In this document: positions 16,715-24,528 of the stretch, piece by piece
Position numbering within the stretch: the stretch's first letter is position 1
How the letters are laid out: the number at the start of each line of letters is the position of its first letter
DNA from: Candidatus Saccharimonadota bacterium
Lineage (GTDB): Bacteria > Patescibacteriota > Saccharimonadia > Saccharimonadales > UBA4665
Length of the DNA stretch: 32,000 nt
Assembly: GCA_016699935.1 (NCBI GenBank)
Contig: CP064992.1
Coordinates: 1,020,001-1,052,000 of the forward strand
Direction of reading: 5' to 3'
Position numbers and translations under genes: made by a program
The notes under the pieces: generated by a model
Told to the model about the DNA's origin: nothing
What the model saw: the letters and a program-made list of their open reading frames with translations, nothing else
Database searches by the model: none

Positions 16715-17196
16715 ATGATTGCAATGGTAGTAGCAATGGCGGAGGGGGTGATAGGGCGTCCAATGACCTGCCCTGGTACCTGCCGGCGGATCTGAAGCAT
16801 TTTAAAGACATTACATCGGGGCATACCGTTGTAATGGGTCGGACGACGTTTGAGTCCATACTGGCGCGGCTAGGTAAGCCCCTGCCCAACCGGCGTAATG
16901 TTGTCCTCACGCGTGATACGGCATTTGCTGTCGAAGGCGTCGAGAGCATCCATGACACGTCCGATATCGCACGCCTGGCTAAAGACGTCTACATCATCGG
17001 TGGAGCGCAAGTATACGCCGCCGTGATTGCACAAGCAGATCGGTTATACGTCACTGAGGTTCATACCCATGTAGATGGTGATGCGCACTTCCCCGTTATC
17101 GACCCGTTGCAGTGGCGTGAAGTATCTAGGGAGCGACATCTAGCTGACGATATAAATCCGTACGACTACGATTTCGTGCTCTACCAACGCAGATAA
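16715..17196 (+). pseudogene. folA: Dihydrofolate reductase, one frame change near 16760
   Basis: MIAMVVAMAEG.VIG, then NDLPWYLPADLKHFKDITSGHTVVMGRTTFESI in the adjacent frame, continuing into the 16834-17196 ORF. TATACT lies 6 nt upstream of the ATG, with no SD. Confidence 0.85.
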
Positions 17197-17235
17197 CCCT
17201 AGTGATATAATTGAGACAACTAAGTGGAGGTTTTG

Positions 17236-18219
17236 ATGTCAGATATTTCAACCCATGTTGCGCCAGTGGAGTACCGCAAAGGCCGAAAGCCCGACGAGCA
17301 GTACAAGGCGCTGCTGCGACGTATACAAGAAACTGGCAATCCTGCGCAGTCTGGCATGGATGAAGGCTCCACGGAAGTTCTCGGTGCTATCCTCGAATAC
17401 GACCTCGAAAACGGTTTTCCGCTGATTACCGAGCGGGACCTCACAAAGGTTTCAACTCCCGAAGCCATCGCTGCGTATGCGTCAGATAAAACGCATCGCC
17501 CCCTCACTGGTATGGTCAAGCAGTCGGTCGGAGAGATCCTAGGCTTCATAAACGGGGCACGGACACAGGAAGAGCTTGAGGCTTATGGCTGTAAATTTTG
17601 GAAACCATGGACAATGGACGAGCAAAAAGCCAAGAAACGTGGGTTAGAACTCGGTGACCTTGGTCCAGGTTCTTACGGCGCAGCTTTTCATGATTTTCCG
17701 ACTCTTGAGGAGGGCGGATTTGACCAGTACAAAGTAATGATTGAGCAAATCAAAGCTCGCCCAGAGTTACGAACCCATATAATTACACCGTTTATACCGC
17801 AATATATCTCGCGAGCACCTGGCCGGCAGCAGAAGGTTTTAGTCGTACCTTGTCATGGGCTGCAACACTATAATATTGATGTGAAAAACGGTGAAATATC
17901 GCTCGTGCATTTTCAGCGAAGCGGTGATGTGCCTATTGGCGTGCCATTCAATATGGTTCATTACGCACTGCTACTTATAATGGTGGCCCAAGTCACGGGT
18001 TACAAACCGCGCAAGCTGGTACACGTTATCTCAAATGCGCACATGTATAACCAACACAAAGATATGGTTGAAGAACTTTTGGCTCGACCATCTTACCCTT
18101 TTCCGAAACTCAAAGTCGATCCTAGCGTAAAGCGACTAGAAGATTTCCGAACTGAACATTTTTCGATAGAGGAGTACATTGCGCACCCACCGATACGCAT
18201 GGGAGGCACTGCTGTTTAA
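17236..18219 (+). CDS. thyA: Thymidylate synthase (ThyA family), divergent and longer than canonical
   Basis: VPCHG (catalytic Cys), FQRSGD, GVPFNM and SNAHMY motifs appear in canonical order. GGAGG lies 5 nt upstream of ATG 17236. About 328 aa, with insertions in the N-terminal half. Confidence 0.8.
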   Translation: MSDISTHVAPVEYRKGRKPDEQYKALLRRIQETGNPAQSGMDEGSTEVLGAILEYDLENGFPLITERDLTKVSTPEAIAAYASDKTHRPLTGMVKQSVGEILGFINGARTQEELEAYGCKFWKPWTMDEQKAKKRGLELGDLGPGSYGAAFHDFPTLEEGGFDQYKVMIEQIKARPELRTHIITPFIPQYISRAPGRQQKVLVVPCHGLQHYNIDVKNGEISLVHFQRSGDVPIGVPFNMVHYALLLIMVAQVTGYKPRKLVHVISNAHMYNQHKDMVEELLARPSYPFPKLKVDPSVKRLEDFRTEHFSIEEYIAHPPIRMGGTAV

Positions 18220-18657
18220 ATGAGTGGCTTCATAAATATGGACAATGCCCGTCACGATGACCAACGTGAGGTCATGCAGGCTAGCGCCAATGCTGGTGTT
18301 TGTCCGTTTGATGAAGAACACCTGCCAACGTATCACAAGACACCCGTGCTCCGGACTGGTACATACTGGGTGATTACGGCCAATCAGTGGCCTTACGAGC
18401 ATACTCGCGTACATCTGCTGGCAATCGCGAGACAGCATGTCGAGACTATCACTGAGCTACCGACAGGAGCTGGCGACGAACTTTTTGACCATGTGCGCTG
18501 GGCTATAAAAGAATATGACATTGATTTCGGCGGACTTGCCATGCGGTTTGGCGATGTGAAGCATAACGGTGCTTCGGTCAATCACCTACATGCCCATATT
18601 ATTGTTCCGGACAAAGACAAGCCAGCCGATGCAAAGGTAAAGTTCAAGATTAGTTAA
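18220..18657 (+). CDS. HIT-family nucleotide hydrolase/transferase
   Basis: Histidine triad NHLHAHIIV near the C-terminus. The ATG immediately follows the thyA stop. Confidence 0.8.
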   Translation: MSGFINMDNARHDDQREVMQASANAGVCPFDEEHLPTYHKTPVLRTGTYWVITANQWPYEHTRVHLLAIARQHVETITELPTGAGDELFDHVRWAIKEYDIDFGGLAMRFGDVKHNGASVNHLHAHIIVPDKDKPADAKVKFKIS

Positions 18658-18682
18658 TCTGAGTCTTTTGAACCACCATGAT

Positions 18683-18840
18683 GTCATTCCAGCGAAGGCT
18701 GGGATCCAGATGAATGAACTAGATTCCCGCCGGAGTTTATCCTCAATTCGGTTGGGGACGGGAATGACGACAATAGTAGTGTCATTTTATTGACTTACTT
18801 TGGCTGGTATCCGCTTTCATTCCGAGCCTGTCGAGGAATC
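18683..18840. repeat. Cluster of three REP-like palindromic units between the convergent HIT and dCMP deaminase genes
   Basis: Hairpins CCAGC-gaag-GCTGG (18689-18702), ATTCCCG...CGGGAAT (18723-18765) and ATTCC...GGAAT (18819-18839). Confidence 0.55.
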
Positions 18841-18856
18841 TCGTAGCTAGGTATAA

Positions 18857-19732
18857 CTATGCTTTGGGATACTTTGTAAGCTTCTGGCGAGTTGAGATTT
18901 GCAGCCTTGTTTCAATTTTGATAATCTCTACGTCATTTGCTTTCAAGATTGATTGGCCATCGAGGCTGGCGTAGCCTTCGACGAAATAGCAGTGGCGGAT
19001 GCCGCTGGCGGCAATCAGTTTGGCGCAGGTCGGACATGGAAATGTCGTAATGTAGATGGCTGATCCAGCTAATTTTGTGCCGCGTGAAGCTGCATCTGCG
19101 ATTAAACGTGATTCGGCATGTATGTCGATGCTCGTGTCGATAGCAGAGCCACGCTGCGCCAGGATGCGCGGGTCGCCGTCGAGAGCGGAGGAATATTCGG
19201 TCGGTACTGAATTATTATGAGCTAGCGACACAATCTGACCATTTGTCACCAAAGCTGCACCGACATTGCGCCACCAGTTCGTACTTTTTGCTGCTTCATC
19301 AGACAAAGCTAGTACAATTGGGTCATCAGCCGACATACTCAAAGTTCGATCTGGCATTACTTCTAGATTTGTTTCAACGGCTTTCCTGTCCCAGCGCAAG
19401 AAAACGGGTTCAAAAACGACATTTTTGGCGCGAAATTCGGCGGCCAGCGCGTGTGAAATATCGTCGTCAGGCATAATGACGCCTCCTGTTTGAAGCAAAC
19501 GTTTCACTTCGGATGCCTCTTTGACCTCTGTTGCGTTTCTGCCGATTCCTCTGAGCAGTTCTATGACGCTTTTTGCCGGCAATGCTCGGATGTCTTTGCG
19601 CAGGTAGTCAAACCGTGGCGTAAGGATATGATCCCCTAGTATGTGTATCGAGGCATCGGGGTAGTCTGCAAGCCACTTTAGATAACCGTCATGGATAACA
19701 GGTATGTAGCAAATGAGGTGTTGATGCGGCAT
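18857..19732 (-). CDS. dCMP/cytidine deaminase-family protein with an uncharacterised ~140-aa N-terminal domain
   Basis: The C-terminal half has the zinc motifs HAE (DIHAESRL) and PCPTCAKL. I recognise no family for the N-terminal half. Confidence 0.8.
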   Translation of the reverse strand: MPHQHLICYIPVIHDGYLKWLADYPDASIHILGDHILTPRFDYLRKDIRALPAKSVIELLRGIGRNATEVKEASEVKRLLQTGGVIMPDDDISHALAAEFRAKNVVFEPVFLRWDRKAVETNLEVMPDRTLSMSADDPIVLALSDEAAKSTNWWRNVGAALVTNGQIVSLAHNNSVPTEYSSALDGDPRILAQRGSAIDTSIDIHAESRLIADAASRGTKLAGSAIYITTFPCPTCAKLIAASGIRHCYFVEGYASLDGQSILKANDVEIIKIETRLQISTRQKLTKYPKA

Positions 19733-19733
19733 T

Positions 19734-20393
19734 TTATTTCTTGCGACCAGAAGCGCCTTTTAGAATCTTGTTAATAATTATGCGGGACTTTTCAGGAAGC
19801 CCTCCCAGTGATAAAACCTCACTCAGTGGCTCGACGATATTTGCACTCCAACTGATTTGCATACGTCGGATTTGGGCAGAGGTAGAGGTGGTCGCTTGCG
19901 GTGCCAGTACGACGACTTTCTTGCAGTATTTTTCTAGTTTCTTGAGTTCACTGGCGTCATACGTTTCGGCAGTAGCGATGAGACAATCGGGTTCGACAAT
20001 TTTTATAAGATTCCATTTTGGGTCATCATGCTGCTTCAGAGTGATGAGGTCGACCGAGCGGAGAAACGCGAGCATTTGGACGCGTTCGTCTTCTGGAACA
20101 ATCGGTCGTGTTGGCCCTTTGCGTTTTTTCACTTTTGCATCTGAATCAACACCAACTATAAGAACGTCGCCGAACGATTTGGCACGCTCCATGTAGCGGG
20201 CATGGCCGACATGGATAAGGTCAAACGTACCAGACGTAAGGACTATCTTCATACCGAGCGTTTTGAGGGCTTCTACGTAAGCCTTGAGTGTCGCATGGTC
20301 GCGGATGAACCGCGCCTCCGGGTTTGAACCATAACCTAGCACGCCCCTATCAGCATGACCTGTTTTTTCTACGCCCTGTTGCTCACTTCCCAT
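19734..20393 (-). CDS. Cytidylyltransferase-family nucleotidyltransferase (RfaE domain II / TagD-like)
   Basis: The GTFDLIHVGH signature, plus VGVDSD and RSVD motifs. Start taken at ATG 20393. Confidence 0.75.
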   Translation of the reverse strand: MGSEQQGVEKTGHADRGVLGYGSNPEARFIRDHATLKAYVEALKTLGMKIVLTSGTFDLIHVGHARYMERAKSFGDVLIVGVDSDAKVKKRKGPTRPIVPEDERVQMLAFLRSVDLITLKQHDDPKWNLIKIVEPDCLIATAETYDASELKKLEKYCKKVVVLAPQATTSTSAQIRRMQISWSANIVEPLSEVLSLGGLPEKSRIIINKILKGASGRKK

Positions 20394-20511
20394 ATCTGTA
20401 CCTAATAGTAATACAAATTCGGTGCATCGGCTAGCCTGATGACTTGCCAAACCTTTCGTTCTCGACTTGACGAGCCTAGAAAGTTACAATGGGTGCAAAT
20501 GGAGGTGTTTG

Positions 20512-21186
20512 ATGGTTACAGTGCATAATATCGGTGAGTTGGGTGGGAGTATTCTCGAGTTTGTGACAGATCTACGAGATGTCGAGGTCCACGGTGAACG
20601 GGAACGGTTTCGTCGCAACATGGAGCGTGTGGGGTTTCTACTTGGCAATGAGCTGAGCAAAAAGCTGGCGTACGAAGAACTTGCCATAGAAACACCACTG
20701 CAGAAAACACATGGCTATAGACTGTGTAGCCAGCCGGTGGTGGCTACCATACTTCGCGCTGGATTACCGCTATGGGATGGGGTGATGCAAGTATTTCCGC
20801 AGGCAGATAGTGCGTTTTTAGCCGCCTATCGTAAACATGATACTGCCGGTAATTTTACGATAAAAGCGGATTACTGCACCTGTCCAGACATGAGTGGTCG
20901 TCTGCTCATTGTTGCTGATCCTATGCTTGCCACGGGCGCTTCCTTGCTCGACGGTATCGACAAGTTTCTTGCAGAGGGCGGTCAGCCGAGCAATATACAT
21001 GTGGTAGTCGCTATTGCCTCCCAGGAAGGCGTAGACGCGGTTCGAACTGGACTAGAAAAGCGCGGCCATAAAGACGCAACCATCTGGTGTGGTGCCATTG
21101 ACCCAAAACTCAACTCGCAGAAATACATCGTCCCAGGCCTCGGCGACGCCGGCGACCTCGCCTTCGGCCCCAAGAAACAATCGTAA
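20512..21186 (+). CDS. upp: Uracil phosphoribosyltransferase
   Basis: PRPP loop LLIVADPMLATGAS and C-terminal YIVPGLGDAGD. GGAGG lies 7 nt upstream of ATG 20512. Confidence 0.9.
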   Translation: MVTVHNIGELGGSILEFVTDLRDVEVHGERERFRRNMERVGFLLGNELSKKLAYEELAIETPLQKTHGYRLCSQPVVATILRAGLPLWDGVMQVFPQADSAFLAAYRKHDTAGNFTIKADYCTCPDMSGRLLIVADPMLATGASLLDGIDKFLAEGGQPSNIHVVVAIASQEGVDAVRTGLEKRGHKDATIWCGAIDPKLNSQKYIVPGLGDAGDLAFGPKKQS

Positions 21187-21190
21187 TCTC

Positions 21191-22145
21191 TTATTCGTTG
21201 GGGGTGACGGGGATGGAGGGGCCCATGGTGGTGGTGACGTGGATGGCTTTGATGTAATTGCCCTTGACGCTTTGTGGCTTAGCGCCTTTAATGCTGGCCA
21301 TGACAGCGGCTGCATTCTCAAGTAGTTTGGCTCCACCAAAGCTAACTTTACCGACGGCAAGATGGACTATGCCAGTGCTATCGACACGGTATTCAACGCG
21401 TCCAGCTTTGGCTTCGGCAACAGCTTTGTTGACGTCAGTCGTGACGGTGCCGCTTTTTGGGTTAGGCATGAGGCCGCGAGGACCAAGCAAGCGAGCGTAC
21501 TTGCCGAGCTTTGGCATGTTGGTGGGTGTTGCTATGAGAGTATCAAAACTAATCTCTCCCTTTTCGAGCTGCTTGGTGATTTCCTCTACACCCGAAATGT
21601 CTGCGCCGGTGACTGTATCGTCTGAAAACACTGCCACGCGAACAGTTTTACCGGTACCTTGCGGTAGAACCAGGTTGGCGCGGATGTTTTGGTCGGCCTG
21701 ACGGGGGTCAACACCTAGGTTGACATGTATTTCGACGCTGGCGTCAAACTTTACGCTACTCGTTTTGGTAGCGAGCTCTAGTGCTTCACCGAGCGGGTAG
21801 ACCTTGCCAGTTTCTATAAGTTCAGCGCTCTTGCGGTAACCTTTGCTACGGCGCTCTAGGCGGCTGCGAGTTGGTTTAACCAGGCGAGTAGGTTTGGCTT
21901 GGGCTTCAGCCTCTAGCTCGTCGCGGTGTTTCTGATGCTCAATCTTCTCGACTTTGGCTTCAGCTTCCTGAAGACCTTTGCGCTGCGCTTGCCTGCTTTG
22001 GCAAGTTTTACTTCATTTGCGGCTTCTTCCTCTGTAGTCTCAACTTCATTTACGTCTGCAGTGTCATCTACCGCTACCACCGCGGCGGCCTGCGCCTCAA
22101 GCTCTAGTGCGGCTGCTGCCGCGTCATCTACTTTTTCTTTGCCAT
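21191..22145 (-). pseudogene. rplA: 50S ribosomal protein L1 with a ~95-aa N-terminal extension. Two single-base frame changes (T5 run 22132-22136, T3 run 21977-21979)
   Basis: Canonical L1 starts around RSKGYRKSAELIETGKVYPL..VDPRQADQNIRANLVLPQGTGK. The upstream part is Ala/Glu-rich. ATG 22145 has GGAG 8 nt upstream. Confidence 0.8.
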
Positions 22146-22437
22146 CTCTCATTCTCCTTTCGTGGTACAAACCCCTCCGAAGCTTTCAGCGAAGGAGGGT
22201 CCCACAATATTGTATTAATTATGCGGCTAATAATGCTTTTTAACCAGTTCTTTATTTGAGTTAACAAATTCACCGAGGATATCAGTTGCTCTACTGCGAA
22301 CAATATTTAATGCTACTTTTTGTTGTACCTTCTCTGAGGGTTTAGTACTCGAATCATGCTGACGGTCGGAAACCCTCAAAAGCAGCCAATGTTTGTATAA
22401 GTGCTATACGGGATAATGAAAATTTCCGTCAATACCG

Positions 22438-22939
22438 TCAGGAGTCATTACAAGACTGACCAATTCCGAATATGCGGTTTGTTCCCCGGGCGATATTTGT
22501 ACTTTTCAGGCAATTTATTTCTACTTCCACGCCCATGCTGCGGGCGGTGCCGGCGACCATTTTCATGACAGCATCGACATCATCAGTGTTCATATCCATA
22601 GCCTTTTCGGTGGCGATTTTGCGCAGGTCTGCTTGGCTGAGTTTCTTGGCGATTTTTCGCTATTTGGCCGGCCAGAACCCTTTTGGATGCCCAGCGCAGC
22701 GCGATGCGGTCGTCGGTTGGTTCTGCCACAACACGGAAAGCCATGGTGCGGTCTTCGTAAATGGTGATGTGGGCTGTGACCGTTTTGCCCTGCATGTCTT
22801 TCGTGGCGTCATTGAAGGGCTGTATAAAGTCCATCATGTTCACACCATACTGACCGAGGGTAGAACCCACGGGTGGCGCAGCAGAGGCCTGCCCGCCTTT
22901 AATTTTCATTTTTAGATTGGCCTTTACGACTTTGGCCAT
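22438..22939 (-). pseudogene. rplK: 50S ribosomal protein L11 with two single-base frame changes (about 22695 and the T5 run at 22653-22657). The 3' end is uncertain
   Basis: MAKVVKANLKMKIKGGQASAAPPVGSTLGQYGVNMMDF.., then [14 protein letters not shown], then [28 protein letters not shown], each in a successive frame. The apparent 24-aa C-terminal tail may be another indel artefact. Confidence 0.85.
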
Positions 22940-23023
22940 AGTTATTCTCCTTTCGAACGCTTATTTTGCGGCTTTTGAAGCTATCCGCGACGTTCTCCTA
23001 CCTTTGAGTAGTGCGTAACAAGA

Positions 23024-23045
23024 ACATCTTAACAGATTAAGATGT
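23024..23045. other. Perfect 9-bp hairpin with a tetraloop (ACATCTTAA-caga-TTAAGATGT)
   Basis: Read directly. Lies between the four-helix-bundle cassette and the rplK start, followed by ATTTTT on the plus strand. Confidence 0.5.
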
Positions 23046-23046
23046 A

Positions 23047-23520
23047 TTTTTCAATTCTCAATTCACAATTTTCAGAAAATTTTCAATTTTTCAAGGCTTA
23101 GAGCCCATTCTCGGAACTGTTTTTAAGAGTGTTTATAATTTTTTGGAGAATCATGATGATTTGCTGTATTTCATCTTGCAACTCAACGAGTATTTGACTT
23201 TTATCACCGGAACGCTGAAAGAAGTTGAACCAGTAGCGAGTTTCTGATGCTTCTTTAGCTATAAAGACTTTTATTGCGAAAGTCTGCCTTGGAAGAGGCG
23301 TTGTTTGCCTCGACGTAGTTAGCTCTATAATGGTCGAAGACTTCACGACTTGTTCGATTGGCTTACTGAAGATAGGGTCTTTGTATGTCCGAAAATGAGC
23401 CAGAGTAGATACTCCAAACATAGTGAAGCGTTCCTCTAGATCGTAATAGCGTTGACCCATATATGAAACTTGTTATTTGTTAATTTTCTGAAAATTGAAA
23501 ATTGAAAAATGTGAATTAAA
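23047..23520 (-). mobile_element. Heptamer-array / inverted-repeat cassette carrying a four-helix-bundle ORF (copy E5)
   Basis: A 16-bp perfect inverted repeat (23066-23081 with 23482-23497) brackets the ORF. The flanks are arrays of GNGAATT-type heptamers. The left flank is identical over 24 nt to the ORF-less copy at 4150-4173. Mobility is inferred, not shown. Confidence 0.45.
23098..23460 (-). CDS. Four-helix-bundle protein (23S rRNA intervening-sequence protein / Avd-like family)
   Basis: 120 aa. QVVKSSTII...TFAIKVFIAKEASETRYWFNFF matches the family pattern QlirSatSI...dFihKl.ialKEa.Et.yWl.ll, as I recall it from memory. No SD upstream. Confidence 0.7.
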   Translation of the reverse strand: MGQRYYDLEERFTMFGVSTLAHFRTYKDPIFSKPIEQVVKSSTIIELTTSRQTTPLPRQTFAIKVFIAKEASETRYWFNFFQRSGDKSQILVELQDEIQQIIMILQKIINTLKNSSENGL

Positions 23521-23525
23521 AACTG

Positions 23526-24071
23526 CTATACTCTTTTGACTTGAAGAGAGTCGAGTTCTACTGGGGTTTCGCGGCCAAACATGTTAACGAGTACTTTGAG
23601 CTTGCCCTTTTGGGGGTCAAGTTCGGAGACTGAACCATCGAAACCCTTGAATGGGCCATCGATGATGTTTACAACCTCGCCAATAGCAAAATCTATCTTG
23701 TGTTTTGGCTGCTCAAGACCCATGCGCTTCTGTATCTTCTCGATCTCTTCTGGGTCGACTGGGGTAGGTTCGGTGCCGCTGCCCACAAAGCCGGTCACAG
23801 ACGGCGTGTTGCGCACAATATACCAGGCATCTTCGCTTAGCTTCATTTGCACGAGCACGTAGCCCTGGAATATGCGCTTTTCAACTATCTTGCGCTTACC
23901 GTTTTTGATTTCTATTTGCTTTTCCTTTGGCACGAGGGCTTGGAAAATCTTGTCTTTCATATCGAGGCTTTCGGCGCGCTGGCGAATGCTTTCTGCTACC
24001 TTTTCCTCGTAGCCACTATAGGTATGGATGGCGTACCATTGTTTGCTTGTGTCGTAGCGTTTCGTACTCAT
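23526..24071 (-). CDS. nusG: Transcription termination/antitermination factor NusG
   Basis: 181 aa. WYAIHTYSGYEEKV NGN domain and a C-terminal KOW domain (GEVVNIIDGPFKGFDGSV). Confidence 0.95.
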   Translation of the reverse strand: MSTKRYDTSKQWYAIHTYSGYEEKVAESIRQRAESLDMKDKIFQALVPKEKQIEIKNGKRKIVEKRIFQGYVLVQMKLSEDAWYIVRNTPSVTGFVGSGTEPTPVDPEEIEKIQKRMGLEQPKHKIDFAIGEVVNIIDGPFKGFDGSVSELDPQKGKLKVLVNMFGRETPVELDSLQVKRV

Positions 24072-24079
24072 ATAACTCC

Positions 24080-24463
24080 TTATTTCACAAATAGCTCTTT
24101 AAAGACTTTGTCTAGACCATAATCTACCACAGCGATAATGAGGCCAAACACTATCGAAAAAGGATTACCGCGGAATGTAAGCCGACGGCTATCTCGAAAC
24201 GTCGGCCACGTAACACCACGAAGCTCTTTCCAGCTTGCGCGTATATACGTGAGGCCAAGAACACGCCACAGCAGACGAAACGGTGGCAGCTGAGATATCC
24301 AACGCAGCAGATGCCCCACATGCTTTAGTGGGAATTGATGGCTTAACCAGGTTAAGGTGCGCCACAGTAGCTTTGCCGGTAGGAAAAAACCGCTCCAAAA
24401 TACTTGCCAGAGAGTCTGGTCGTCTACTTTATTTTGCTTCTTCTTTGCCACCTTCTTGCTCAC
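24080..24463 (-). CDS. secE: Preprotein translocase subunit SecE with an N-terminal extension
   Basis: The C-terminus ELRGVTWPT.. followed by a TM helix (FSIVFGLIIAVVDYGL) is the SecE signature. Position upstream of nusG fits. GTG start. Confidence 0.8.
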   Translation of the reverse strand: MSKKVAKKKQNKVDDQTLWQVFWSGFFLPAKLLWRTLTWLSHQFPLKHVGHLLRWISQLPPFRLLWRVLGLTYIRASWKELRGVTWPTFRDSRRLTFRGNPFSIVFGLIIAVVDYGLDKVFKELFVK

Positions 24464-24493
24464 TTTCGGCTTACGTAATCATTGATACCAATT

Positions 24494-24517
24494 AAAAAAG
24501 CCTACAATGCTGTAGGC
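24494..24517 (-). terminator. Intrinsic terminator-like hairpin immediately upstream of secE
   Basis: Minus strand: GCCUACA-gcau-UGUAGGC followed by U6. Confidence 0.6.
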
Positions 24518-24528
24518 GTTCTTTGTCA

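Noticed and set aside
22170-22470. AT-rich 300-nt stretch between rplA and the apparent rplK end, with a 9-bp stem (TGAGGGTTT/AAACCCTCA) and a CCCTCC/GGAGGG hairpin next to the rplA SD. It could be the L1 autoregulatory leader
   Set aside because: The idea is plausible from position. However, I cannot match it to the L1-binding consensus by eye, and the uncertain rplK 3' end overlaps part of it. I have left it unannotated.
23098-23460. Diversity-generating retroelement, suggested by the Avd-like four-helix-bundle ORF
   Set aside because: The window has no reverse transcriptase ORF, and I saw no template/variable repeat pair with adenine-specific differences.
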